A stretch of 64,000 bases of DNA from the NCBI RefSeq assembly GCF_001194135.2, contig NC_068982.1:68413262-68477261 (forward strand), read 5' to 3'. Source of the stretch: Octopus bimaculoides (lineage: Eukaryota). Positions 51,362 to 64,000 of the stretch are shown piece by piece. The position numbers and the translations under genes were made by a program. The notes beneath the pieces are model-generated. The model ran no database searches. It saw nothing but the letters and a program-made list of their open reading frames with translations, and was not told the origin of the DNA. Each line of letters begins with the position of its first letter. Position 1 is the stretch's first letter.

Positions 51362-53044
51362 CTGAAAAGCAAAGAATTAGAGTTTAGCACAAACTATTTT
51401 AATAAAAAATTCAGAATAGATAATAATTTGTAATGTTTACGCTTTAAATTAAATATCTGAAAAAATTTAAACCCTTTTATTACTATATTTCTGTTGAAAT
51501 ACACTTTACCTAAATTAATTTTTAAAACAAAGAATTTAGTAAAGCAACTTTTTCCATTAGTTAACTTGAATTTAGAACAAAAACATGAAATTTTGATGGA
51601 AGTTTTTAATTTAGATCACTTTTGAAACAGGAAGTTTGTATCATAGAACCAGAAATGGTCTTGTGTGGGCTGGTATCAAAGGGTTAAAAATTTTCTTTTA
51701 TACCTTTAATAATAAAGTATCAACTTATATTACTCTTCCTTTCTTAACATGGCATGGTGGTGGCAGAGTTTCTACAGATTTACGAGATTTAAATTAGGAA
51801 GGATACTCTTATTTTCTTAATAACCTTTCAACTAAATATGAAATGAGAACAATGTGGCAGAAAACTGGTTTAAAACACATTTAACTTATTATCTCAGAAT
51901 TTTTAAGAAAAAGAAAACTCAATAAAACTCATTTTATTGAATAATTAATCTAGGAACAAAAAATTGTTTTCTAACATAGGCAGAGGTCCATAATTTGTGG
52001 GAAGCATATACTTAAGTTTACCATGATCCCTAGGACTTAAAAGGTTGGAACTTAACCCAGTTTCCATGGCAAATAAATGACTGAGATTACAATACACCCT
52101 TTTGAATGGGATACCAGTCACAACAGGGTTAACTTCCCAGCTATTGCAGGAACTCATTTACAGCTAAGTAGACTGGAGCAATGTGAAATGAAATGTTTTG
52201 CTCAAGACAACACACCGCCCAGTCTGGGAAATGAAACCATGATCTTACAGTCAGGAATGCAACACCCTAACTACTAGGCTATTGCCTTCACAGGTAGGCA
52301 TACAGTAGTTTAAATCAACCCCAGGATTTGATTGGTACTTAAATGACTTTGATTTTTTTTTAAATGTTCCAAAGAAACTGACAAAATATTTAACACAAAA
52401 ACATGTTTATAATCAAATTAATTTGTGCTTATAAAAGAGGAAATGAAAACTTTTGAAACAAAGTAATTTAAATAATACTGTTTAGGGAAAAAAAAAATTA
52501 TCCTACAACTAAATATATAATTAAATTGTTCCAAAAGACTACTCTAAGAAAATATATGATGGCTCTTCAAGTACTCTTCTACTGAACTATCGAGTTGTAA
52601 AAATAAACCTGACACCTGGATACATCTTTTACCATGTGTGCATCATTCACATCTGTCTAATCATTGCATCTTACTTCACTATATGCAGATGCATTTAATA
52701 AACATTAAACAAATTTTAATTATGAGGTAAAATATAAACAAGTATCTTTTTTTTTCTTCTACTATCCAAAAATAACAAATAGAAATCCTTTTATATAGCT
52801 TTAACTTTATTTTAAATTAAAAATCAAAAGATTTTTGCACATTGCTGAAAACATGAGAAACCAACTTAGACTGTGCTGCATAGAAAATTCAAACTGTCAC
52901 CTAATTATTTATTCATTAGCTGAAGGATTAAATTTCTTTCTTTTAACGATTGGCCATATAGCTAGAGTGTTTCACTATAAACAAGATTAGGTTCCACACA
53001 TACAGCTATGGAGCTAATTCTTATCAATTATCTTACCAACATAC

Positions 53045-53207
53045 ACACAGACATTAATATACACAGACATTAATATACACAGACATTAATATACANNNNN
53101 NNNNNACAGACATTAATATACACAGACATTAATATACACAGACATTAATATACACAGACATTAATATACACAGACATTAATATACACAGACATTAATATA
53201 CACAGAC
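53045..53207. repeat. Perfect 16-bp minisatellite (acacagacattaatat)n spanning a 10-N gap
   Basis: About 3 identical units before and about 6 after the gap at 53096-53105. Confidence 0.95.
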
Positions 53208-54809
53208 TATTTAAGATAAGCAGCTAAAGATAAGAGAATGGTTATACTTCATACATTATCTGAAAGACAGCCTCATTTTCAATAAATATTTTAATACTTT
53301 GAAAATGAAAAGTAAACATCAATATTAATACATTTCAAAAGAAAATAACCTTGTCAAACGAAAAGATATATGATTAAAAATTTGTTATAGTATTATAGAA
53401 GCTAAAATAAAAAACATACTGATAAGGAAAATAATGAATATTTAATGAAACTAGTAATGTATGTTCACATCTTGAGGTGCAAGTGTGGCTATGTAGTAAG
53501 AAGTTTGCTTCTCAACCATATGGTTCCAGGTTCAGTCCCACTGTGAGGCACCTTGGGCAAGTGTCTTCTACTATTGCTCCAGACATGAAAAAGTGGGTGG
53601 AAAAGTGAACCTTAGAATAAAAAAGGTAAAAATCTAAAGTTTTCCATGTTGGCATTGGTAAGATAAAACTGCAAATATAAGTAACATGTTTTTGAATGCT
53701 TTTTTTTTTTGCAATGACATGTAAAATGGCTTACCCAGTAAGACCTGATTGGCCATACACAAGAATCCACTAAATCTTAATACTGCCAAAACACACACAT
53801 TGATGAATTGGTCAATGAACAACACATTTCACCTTCACTTTTATTCCTAATTCCTTGCTTGTCTCTTTTCTTTTATTATTTTCAAAATCAGGACAACTAG
53901 AAACACTATACCTTAGTACACAGTACATAGTTTATTGCTGATAACCTCACTATCCATTGTAACTCTTGTTTATGTTTACTAATAATAAAACTGATTTGTT
54001 TTTAAACATTTTTACATCAATCTCTCCCAATAATATAGGTTAGTTTTTTCAACAAGTTCAGACATTACTGTCTATAAGTACTGTTTGAGAATGTTTTTGC
54101 AGAATTCCAGTCTGAACACCAGCTACTTTATAGTGTAGTGAAAGGAGCACCTCTTTTTCAACTAGCTAGAGAAACAAGCCAAATACAAAATTTTCTTTAA
54201 ACTGGTGAGTTTTAAAATATTAACTTCTGTGCAGTTCTATTGCCGGTACACAATGAAGAATATAAAAATATACAGCAAAAGAGTTAATAATTTATATCAA
54301 GATGTGTGATAACTCAGCTGCTGCAAAAATTCCAATTAATTTTACCATGAAATAAATATTTATCAAACTGAAACTAAAATATTCCTAAGTTCAATTTTCT
54401 ACAATTATTCAGTTGATGCAACAATGTTTTGATATACAATCAACCATCATTATCACCAAAATTCTACATCTGTTTTTCATGCTGGCATTATTTATAGCTA
54501 TGACCTCCTAAATGAGTCAAGGATCACACCTTGTTAGTACATTCCAATTTTGGTAGCACTTCTATAACTAGATGCCCTTCCTCATGCCAACTGCTTTACA
54601 GATGTATTGTACGCATTTCATTATGGGAGGTTGAATTGTCTTCAACAAGACTAAAAATCCTTTGAACTCTATGTAGTAAGCATTCATTTGCCCCAGTACT
54701 TTACTCGATACATTTTTACTCGATACTTTACTCGATACATTTTAAACTACTAGAGTAATTACCTTGTCCCCAACAAAACTAATAAAACTCTGACTTTTGA
54801 CAGTGTCAC

Positions 54810-55110
54810 ACTCTGTAGTTTAGTAGTCCTTAATGAATGGCTTATGAGGACCAAGCAAGCCAAGTACAGAGGTGCAGTCAACAGATGAGCATTAGCAATG
54901 AGTTAGATGACAAATTTAGCATGCAAGTGGGGACCCCATCAAGGCTCAGTTCATAACCCTTTCTGTTCTCCAAGCCATAACTGAGAAGTTTAACACTGTC
55001 TGTCCACGAGAGTTCCTGCATCCTGATGACCTAGTCTTTGAACCTGTAGAACACAAAAGCAAAACCAAGAACTAAGGGGACTCAAAGTAAACTATTAGCA
55101 AAAACTAAAT
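54810..55110 (+). mobile_element. Decayed RTE RT-core fragment
   Basis: KFSMQVG..QGSVHNPFLF...AITEKFNTVCPREFLHPDDLV, equivalent to RT motifs GV.QGSVLSP...ELLYADDL. Confidence 0.65.
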
Positions 55111-55803
55111 TTTTAGTAAATAGAAAAAAAGACAGGAACCTATTTGCCATCAAGAAATTGATCATGCTAGATATACATCAAAAGAAGCAAGTAGAAATTC
55201 TATACTGTGTACCAAGCATAAACTATGGACACACTAGAGATGTAATGGTACCACAGGCAAAGCTAACAAAGTAGACATTATATGTAGCAAATACACAGGA
55301 GCAGTCAATAGCAAGAGTTCACTGAGCATGTTGTACAATATACTGTACAATATGCACCAACATTTAATATTTACAGAGTTAAATTACTACAACAGAATAT
55401 ATCTTATCAGAAACCAGACTTACATAAACATCAACTAAGATTACAATCAATAAATGTTATGAAAAGTATAGAACTACAAATTGATAGAACTTGCCTTAGT
55501 GATAAAGATAAATGATAGTGTAGGTTTGGTTTAGTTTGGACTATTACAGGTTAGTTTTTGGTGGGAGAACATGAGCAGGATACTTTTGTGGGCAAGATGT
55601 ATTGTGTAAAGTATTGAATAAGGGGTTTAGGAGAGGAGATGATGCAGGGAAATGAGAGATAATTGCATGTAACAGAATTATAGGTATAGATAAGGCAGCA
55701 AAGATTATCATACAAGTAGAAATAAACGGACATGACTTTGTAGAAGAGGCCAATCAGTAAGAGTTAACTGAAATGTATTGCTTATAAAGAAGGTAGCTTT
55801 ATC

Positions 55804-55930
<127 letters not shown>

Positions 55931-56462
55931 AATTTAGGTATATGTGCATTATAAAGTGTTACTAATTGCTTCTAGTTAAACTGCTAGAGGTAATTTGGTA
56001 ATGCAGTTTTTGCTGCATAGGATATATAATTTGTCACACATTGTTAAACCTGGCATTTGTAAGGAGGGGATGTTGGTCTCAGTTGTGCATGGTTTCAGTG
56101 GAGGAGATACAGTAATGTAGTTTAAACAGCACTACATAAATTGAATACAACAAAGGCTGACAGATATACAAAACAGCAGTGAGTGTATGCTGTATAGTAA
56201 TTCAAACAATTTCTTTAATATGTAAATTGGTAAATTTTACTTAGTTTATACATTATGTACACATACAGGTTCATTAGCAGCAGAGAATATACATGTATGT
56301 GTACAAGTGTGTGCAGGGATGTTAAGAGGTGACAGTGGGATGGGTGCAGATGTGATAGCTAAAAGTTACATGTGTATTACTAAGGGTAGTCACTTTCTGA
56401 CAGCGAGATCTTTGACTGTCTGGAGCGGTGCACCATGCAAGTTGGCAGATGTGAGTACTGAC

Positions 56463-56531
56463 CTTCAAGGGGTAACCCAAACTCGTTGGCCGTCGGGGAG
56501 CATTTTTTCTATTTTTCAGAAAAAAATTTTT
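56463..56531 (-). CDS. Candidate REPS cassette exon (69 nt, KNFFLKNRKNAPRRPTSLGYPLK)
   Basis: Donor AAG|gtcagt and acceptor ttttgtttttgaagttggatcag|. Phase 0-0 in a phase-0 intron with a local CpG cluster. No homology support recalled. Confidence 0.35.
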
Positions 56532-57899
56532 CTGATCCAACTTCAAAAACAAAATGAAATGGTATACTTTTTTTTTTAAAGAAAAATATCTTTTAAATAT
56601 TAACATTCATAAAGAGAACTAGTTTTATCTATAGGTTTCTTAATAAAAGGTGACAGAACAATGCATAAAGTAAGATGATCAGTAATACTAATACATAATA
56701 TACTGAATAAGGCTACTTATTTAGATTTGACAGAGTTTCATTTAAAAGAAAATGGAATGCAATTTGGTATTTTGGTTGTTAGTCACAAATACGTGTTTTG
56801 AGTACTAAATATACTTCTATTTCTATTTTCTATATGTGGAGAACACTGCATAAGACCAACTGAATAGAAAGATAGGTTGTAGTTTGTATTTTTCATTCTT
56901 ATTTGTATACAGTTTTTTAAAAGAGACTCATTTAAAATACAAGTGTTGTGAAAACTCGGTACCATACAATTTTTCAGTTTTCTCTATATTGTTAAACAAC
57001 AGTTAAGATCATTAGTAGGGTTCATTGCACAATTGAATAACCCACAGTTTAAGAGGATCACAACTAGACATTCATTCAGTAACATTGTGTAACAAAATTT
57101 TTATTTTATTTATTTACTCATTTCTTTCTTGTCTTTAGCCAGTAGGTGTTGATTCCTATTTGCTTCTATCTAGAAATCAAAGGAAATGACAACTATTCCC
57201 TTCAAATTTTGCTTCTGTGACTTGTACGTCAACATTTTGAAACTGACCTGTTTTCCATTACATTTCAGACAGATTCAGTGCTGAGTTGCTGAAGTAGACA
57301 TGTTGTTATAGTAAATATTCTGCTCAATACCACAGACTTGCTTGTCAGTTGCTTGAACTCAACCACTTAAGCATGTCCCTTAGTGGCTGACAATATGTGC
57401 GTCTCTGATCATGAGCAGTAGGGGAGCATCATAGCCATGCGTTGAGGTGTTCTTTGGGGTTTCAATAAATGCAATAACAGACGCAAAGTTAGAAGGCAAT
57501 ATTATCCATTTTCTGTTATTTCTAGGGGTAAGCAAATAGGAAATAACAGTTGCTACTCAAGAATAAAAATCGTGTTACACGGTGTAATTTTCAGTTGTAA
57601 GTATGGAAAAACTAAAAATACAATACTAAAAATTCAACTACATGGAAATGTCCTGTTTTACTTTCTGTTTTTTTTATTCCCAACTGAAATGTGAAATAGC
57701 ATTATATTGGGTTGTCAGATTAATCAATTCATTTCTTTCCAGTATTATTCGAATTAACACAGGGTTTTGGGGGGGGGGGGTTGTAGCTCTATTCTTTCTT
57801 TACTTTTGGCTATTGCTTTTGCTTTAAAAATTTAAATAAATTTTAACTTGTTTCAGACTTACAACAATAGAGTGCCATATAAAAACAAATTTAGCATTT

Positions 57900-58200
57900 T
57901 TGATACCTGCTTCTCTTTGCTTTCAATCAAGGTTTTAAAACTACCAAAGCCAATCAAGACATTTGAACTATGTATTGGAAAAAAAGCTATTACTGAAAGA
58001 ATGGCACAGAAATGGTTTCCACATTTCAAGGAGGATAAACTGGACCTGACAGACTCTCCACCAAGTTCCAGCCAACTTGTTCAGGTCAATGAGGATTAAT
58101 TAAACAAACTCATCCACAAGGATCTGCAGAAATCAAATAAGGACCTGCCCAGCAGATAGGGTGGTCTCATGATATAGTGTCGTCACCCTTTTTAGTCATT
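57900..58200 (+). mobile_element. Mariner transposase N-terminal (HTH) fragment, third family
   Basis: IKTFELCIGKKAITERMAQKWFPHFKEDKLDLTDSP resembles the mariner ERTAQKWF.RFK.G.FDL.D.PRSGRP segment. Confidence 0.65.
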
Positions 58201-58467
58201 CTCCAATAGTCTGTGAGGCATTTTGTTAAATGACATAGAGCTGAAAATGTGACTCAATGAATTCTTTGAGTCAAAACCTGGTTATTTCTATCTATTGTCA
58301 CCATATTGGTAAGCTATGAAACATTGGCAAGAAGTCATGAACAATGAAGGAGAATATATTACTGAATGATTTACTAAGAGTATTGATGAAAAATCAAGGA
58401 TTAAAGTAAATGGTAAAAAACAAACAGGTTTATCTGACAACCCAATATTAACAATTAACAAGTATAC

Positions 58468-58648
58468 CTGTGAATACTGTGAAGGATTATCAGTTAAACT
58501 GCGGTATTGGCCAGAGAGATTGCGTATATGGGACTTCTTAGTAGCTGGAGGTGGAGGTAACTGTCCTGTGGGCTGAGAAAGAGCTGGCTGTGAGGTTGTG
58601 CGAGACGAAGTTACTTGGTTGCCACTGCTGGTGTTTACAGGACATACA
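58468..58648 (-). CDS. REPS1: REPS exon (181 nt)
   Basis: tctcctcttccag|T...CAG|gtatac. VCPVNTSSGNQ...TGQLPPPPATKKSHIRNLSGQYRSLTDNPSQYSQ. Phase 2 in, phase 0 out. Confidence 0.87.
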
Positions 58649-58871
58649 CTGGAAGAGGAGAAAAAAATAATCCTTCATTGCAAACAACAAAAAAAATACT
58701 GAATGAGGAATTAGTATGAACAAAATCTGAATTTACCTGACAACAATATAATTTTAAGTAAATAAAATAAATTTACAAAATTACATATAGGTGCAGACAT
58801 GACTTATGTGGCAAAGAAGTTAGCTTTTACAACCACGTGATCATGGGTTCAGTCCCACTGCATAGCACCCT

Positions 58872-58915
<44 letters not shown>

Positions 58916-58925
58916 NNNNNNNNNN

Positions 58926-58957
<32 letters not shown>

Positions 58958-59689
58958 CGTGTGTGCGTGTGTGCGCGTGTGTGCACGCGCGCGCTTGCAC
59001 ACCAATCCTTGTCTTGACATCACATGATGGTTGTAAACAGGTATCAATATCATACAAGTGATGTTTGTCAGTTTTCAGTCTTCCATGAAAAACGTGCCTG
59101 GTCATGGGGAAATATAACCTTGCTTGGAAACAGATTAGGGATAGTGACAGGAAGGGCATCTGGCTGTAGAAAATCTGCCTCAGCAAATTCTCTTTGACCC
59201 GTGCAAGCATGAAGAAGTGGATGTTAAATGCTGATGATGATGATATTACACAAATCTAAATGACAATGTATATGCAATAAAGTTTTGTCTAGATTATTAT
59301 TTACAAATAGTTACTTTACAATAATTATTGTTTTATAATAATTGCTGATGAAGTTATTCATGAGGTTACTATCACAATCATTTAACATCCACTTTTTCAT
59401 GCTTGCATGGGTTAGATGGAGTTTATTGAGACAGATTTTTCAACAACCAGACACCCTTCCCATTACCAACCCTCACCTGTTTCCAAGCCAAGTAATATAC
59501 CTGCATGGCCACATATGCTTTCATAGAATGTTGGAAAGGAATGACACTGCTTGCATGACAGTGACTCTTATTCATAACTATCACAAGATGTCAAGAGAAA
59601 GAGACACAAACATACAAACACTAACTCACATAAATACACACACATACACACAGAGGATATTGGAATATTGGTGGAGCATTCTCATCAAA

Positions 59690-60050
59690 ACTTCTACCAG
59701 GTGCATACATAACAGGCTGAATGTTGTTGATTGGAACAGACAGGAAAAAGTATATGTCATAGATGCTAGCTGCCGTGCTGATTTTCAAAGCTGAATAGTG
59801 CTTTGAAAATCAAAGGAAAAGAGGATAGCTATGCTTAGAAACCTTCAGCATCTATATCTAGATCATACATACACATTCATACCAGTAATAATTGATGCAC
59901 TTGGTTTTGTGATTAAGTGCCTAAGAAACAATCTGGATAACCTAGGGATTTCAGAAAAAGAAATCAACCAGCTAACACACACATTACAAATACAATCTGC
60001 AAATGGAACAGTAAAAATATGCAAAACTTTTCTCAACTTCAAAAACCATC
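59690..60050 (+). mobile_element. R4/Dong-like RLE non-LTR retrotransposon C-terminal fragment
   Basis: CIHNRLNVVDW...VYVIDASCRAD, then LRNLQHLY...FIPVIIDALG...LDNLG...LQIQSANGTVKICKTFL. This follows the recalled R4-clade pattern HNRPD...I(D/E)VSCP.D...IPIVIGALG...GT.KI. Confidence 0.65.
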
Positions 60051-60490
60051 ATCATATGTGACATTCTAACATCCTTTTTGTTACCTATACCCCAATGATG
60101 GAGCTTTGTATCTTTTTTAGAAATCAGGTCCTTCCTTACAGGAAGACTTCAAACGATTAAAAAGAGAGAGAAGAGTAAGAACACGCACACACACATGGCC
60201 TGCTTCTTTCAGTTTCTGTCTACCAAATCTATTCACAAAGTCTTGGTCAGCCCAAGGCTGTAGTAGAAGACACTTGCCCAAGGTAGCATGCAGTGAAACT
60301 GAACCTGAAACCATGTGATTGGGAAGTAAACTCCTTGTCCACACAGCCATCTCTTTACCATACAATATTCAAAACAACTTTATAATAACTAAATTTGTTA
60401 AGAGGATCATCATAATTATGATTTAATGATACCTCTACATGGTAGAAAAGAAGATTATGAAACAAAATTAAGCCTTAACAATGCACTTAC

Positions 60491-60572
60491 CCATCTTGAA
60501 TAGGAGTGGCATCAGACTCCCCAGATATCACATTACTAGAAATAGTTGGGCTGGCCTGGTTTTTCCATTTTT
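60491..60572 (-). CDS. REPS1: REPS exon (82 nt), most 5' exon found
   Basis: tctttcccccag|AA...GG|gtaagt. (E)KWKNQASPTISSNVISGESDATPIQD(G). Phase 1 in, phase 2 out, which matches the next exon. Confidence 0.77.
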
Positions 60573-60907
60573 CTGGGGGAAAGAAAGTAAAAAGAAAATA
60601 TTATGTTGTTGTTCTAATTTATTAACTAATTAAGTCTTCAAAATACATTTCTTCAGGTAGGTCACAGACATTAGCTCATATCAAAGATAGGAAACAAATG
60701 AGCAACCAACCAAATCATATAATGTAACAACTTACTTCCAATAAACAAATTTATAAGTCACTTCCTGCATGTCATAATACTACATTTCAAATGGTAATCT
60801 ATCTTCTATCATCATGCAATGTACATAACTATTATTTAACAGCATTGAAAAATAACACTCTTGGCATGACAACAACACAATGAAAGAAAATATATATATA
60901 TATACAC

Positions 60908-61435
60908 CCTAACAGTTGAGGGAACCCGTGGAAGAGGTAGGCCCAGGAAGACCTGGGCTGAGGTGGTGAGGCAAGACCTTTGTACATTGGGCCTCACCGA
61001 GGCGATGACTACTGACCGAGACCTTTGGAAATGTGCTGTGCTTGAGAAGACCCAGCAAGCCAAGTAAGATCGTTGCCAGTGCCCCTGGACTGGTTCTTGT
61101 GCGGGTGGCACATGAGATGCACCATTTTGAGCGTGGCCGTTGCCAGTACCGCCTGACTGGCTCTCGTAGGATTTTCGAGCGAGATCGTTGCCAGNNNNNN
61201 NNNNGCACATAAAAGACACCATTTCGAGCGTGGCCGTTTTCGTGCGGGTGACACGTAAAAGCACCCACTACACTCTCTGAGTGGTTGGCGTTAGGAAGGG
61301 CATCCAGCTGTAGAAACTCTGCCAAATCAGACTGGAGCCTGGTGTTGCCATCCGGTTTCACCAGTCCTCAGTCAAATCATCCAACCCATGCTAGCATGGA
61401 AAGCGGACGTTAAACGATGATGATGATGATGATGA
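60908..61435 (+). mobile_element. Young 5'-truncated RTE copy (same family as 5360-6730) with (GAT)n tail
   Basis: VEGTRGRGRPRKTWAEVVRQDL..LGLTEAMTTDRDLWKCAVLEKTQQAK*, then tandem 3' UTR units with CpGs largely intact. Confidence 0.92.
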
Positions 61436-62287
61436 CACACACACATATTCAGTATAATGAAATATTTTTTTTATCAAATACTAAAATTAAGAGGAAAGAA
61501 TATTATTTATCTTATTCATTCATTTATTTATACATTTATGCTTTTTTTTTTTATTATGACCCAAGCTGAGTGAAAGCTTTAAGTCTCAACTACCCTAACC
61601 TCTGGTAGTATATAATCATAAAGCACCTTAAGTTTGTGTCATTCATATTTCAACTCAAAGAATAGAATGCCTGTATTTCATTTGGGGGGAGGGAGAGAAG
61701 TCAGTATGTATTTATATTTCTATCTAAACACTATAATGAACAAAAGACGCTTTCATTTTCCTAATTTATATAATAATTTCCACCACCGCTAGAAAATTGT
61801 GATTTCCTTGTCAAGCCTCTAAGAGGATATGTAATCCATAGCTATTTATCTTCACTAACCTTCTTTCTCTAAAACTTATCGGTTTTACTATTAGAACTTA
61901 GAATACTTCAAGATCATCGCTTGTCTAATTTCAAGTTACCATCCATTAGCAAACAAAACAATCTTTATCTAAGACTGTATATAGTAAAAATGAGAGAAAA
62001 AGTCCAGAAAAATAAATAAATAAACATGTAAAATGAAATTCTGGCAGTAACATTTTCATTGAATATATTATGACATGATAGTATTATTTCATTGAGAGGC
62101 AAAAATAAATCATTCTTTGTGTGTTATAATAGGATAATCAAAAACTTACTGAAACCTTAATTTAAAACTTGTGCTAAAAGTTGTGTTTAACAAGTTTTTA
62201 AAATGACAAATGTAGCCAAATACTATTTCAATAAAATTAAAATTTGCAACCAATAAGTATTAAAAATAGTAATAAGATTAGATTTTT

Positions 62288-62329
<42 letters not shown>

Positions 62330-63706
62330 ACACACACACACACACACGTGCATACATACACACACTACATTAGTAATATTCTATTTTAGGGATACTTACA
62401 GGACATTAAAAACAGATTTTGTTTTTTTATATTTTTTTGTTGGAATGGGTGGGGCGAAAAAAACCATGGAAGGAAGAAGTAGAGGTTAACTTAAAATGAC
62501 ACTGCAACCAAAATGTCACTTAACTTCAGTACTAAATGAGGACAGCATAATTTAAAGACAAAACGGATATAGGATATGTTTTATCATGTATAAATGACTA
62601 CTGACAAACAAGAATCTTTATGATACACTATACAGCTAAATCTCTAATAAAATTGTTTGCCTATCTGGCAAAATATATTTCAAGATTTACTGTGGACTAA
62701 ACACAGTTCAAAACAAAAAATGTAAAGGAAATTCCTAATAATCTTCAAGGAAGAATAACACAGAAACATTTGCCCCATGCAGGTTAAATTGAGAGAAGGC
62801 TATAAAAAAAACAGAACAAATTTTTATATACAGTAGAGAGCTGTTGGTTTAGGATTACAAGCTTGTTGGTTAAAACTCTTTCCAAAAATGTGTGTTAAAA
62901 CAAATAGACCTCCAACTATCTATTTTGGCTTGCTTTTCGAAAATCCATTTTGTCTCAATTAGGTGGGGAGAAGGGGTAATTTTAAAATACTGATAACAGG
63001 TTTGAAATCTATTTAAAATATTTCTCCAAATAAACCAAATTCTCAACAACAACAACAAAAAACAGAAAAGCAATATATTGAAAGTGTTTTAACAGATTTT
63101 TTCCACAGTAAAAATTCTGAATTGTATTGTCTGCATCTAAAATGGAATTTCCATTTGATTACAATCATTATAAGAGAAATAGCTTCCTGATACGATTTAA
63201 AAGAAAAAAAACCCATCAAACTGTGCTTAATAATAATATTCCTTTGCTCACCTTAATCAATAATTTATCAGAGAGAGAGAAAAACTAAGAAAGAAAAGAT
63301 ATTAGAACCCAAATAGAAGGCAGTTGAAGATGTTTAAACAAGTTTACAAGAACAAAAAATTTTTTAAAACCCTTTCTAATACAATTTCAGTCTCTTTTAT
63401 AGAATCATAATTTACCAGATTCAATATGGCTAGTATACTCTGAAAAAACACTTTACTTCTAAAATCAAAATCACTGTGCTTCTGGGATTACTTGGAGCAA
63501 CAAGATTCATTCTGACAATTAACACTGGAAAATACCACTTATATTGAAATCATTCTGATAATTTGCTAATTTCAATCATTCCTAAAATAGCCAACTAAAC
63601 TCGAAGAAATGTAGGAATCTATAATTTATATTAAACAAATAAAACTTCTCATGGATCTACCTCAAAAGTTCTAATAAAGCATTCACAACAGCTGCATGAG
63701 CTGAAT

Positions 63707-64000
63707 TACAGGGGTTGGACAAAATAATGGAAACACCTTAAAATTTCAAACAAATTTATTTTAATATGCAGTAGGACCACCTTTGGCAGTAATTACAGCT
63801 TGAATTCTATGAGGTATGAACTCATACAAAATTTGAATTGTTTCCAAAGGAATTTTTGTCCATTCTTCAGCTAAAACAATCTCCAGTTCTTGTAGTGATG
63901 ATGGTGGAGGATATTGACACCTTATCTGTTTTTCTAAAATGTTCCATAAGTGTTCAATAATATTGAGATCTGGGAACTGTGGTAGCCAGATAAGATGTTC
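63707..64000 (-). mobile_element. Tc1-family DNA transposon, right end (continues beyond the window)
   Basis: TA plus terminus caggggttggacaaaataatggaaacacc. An open minus-strand frame at 63761-64000 reads EHLIWLPQFPDLNIIEHLWNILEKQIR...PPSSLQELEIVLAEEWTKIP...RIQAVITAKGGPTAY*, matching the Tc1 WP.QSPDLN.IE..W motif. Confidence 0.92.

Noticed and set aside
55544-55760. ORFs possibly derived from a CR1/L2 LINE end
   Set aside because: The similarity is too faint to name by eye.
60573-63706. Search for REPS N-terminal EH exons and promoter
   Set aside because: No phase-compatible exon with EH-like sequence was found. They are presumably beyond 64000, so no feature is called.

Overview
AT-rich, microsatellite- and transposon-dense animal genomic DNA with seven N-gaps. 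The SINE/RTE repeat repertoire resembles octopus/coleoid cephalopod DNA (inference from recognised repeat types, not a database match). The window is almost entirely one minus-strand gene, a REPS1/REPS2-family (RalBP1-associated Eps15-homology domain) endocytic adaptor. I reconstructed 16 phase-compatible GT-AG coding exons from 60572 down to the stop at 713 (2453 nt, about 816 aa: central EH domain, Pro-rich linkers, C-terminal coiled coil), plus one weaker candidate cassette exon. The N-terminal EH exons were not found and probably lie beyond base 64000. Introns hold many SINEs, RTE LINE fragments, two TIR-bounded decayed mariners, a mariner fragment, a Tc1 end, HERO-like and R4/Dong-like RLE retrotransposon fragments, and probable Penelope-like remnants. 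I found no prokaryotic-type system and no clear novel gene. The most notable signals are decayed minimal hammerhead-ribozyme motifs with long fold-back hairpins at probable Penelope-like insertions, small in-frame exons not called as in-frame ORFs by the ORF track, and three HxRxxS motifs in the REPS protein.
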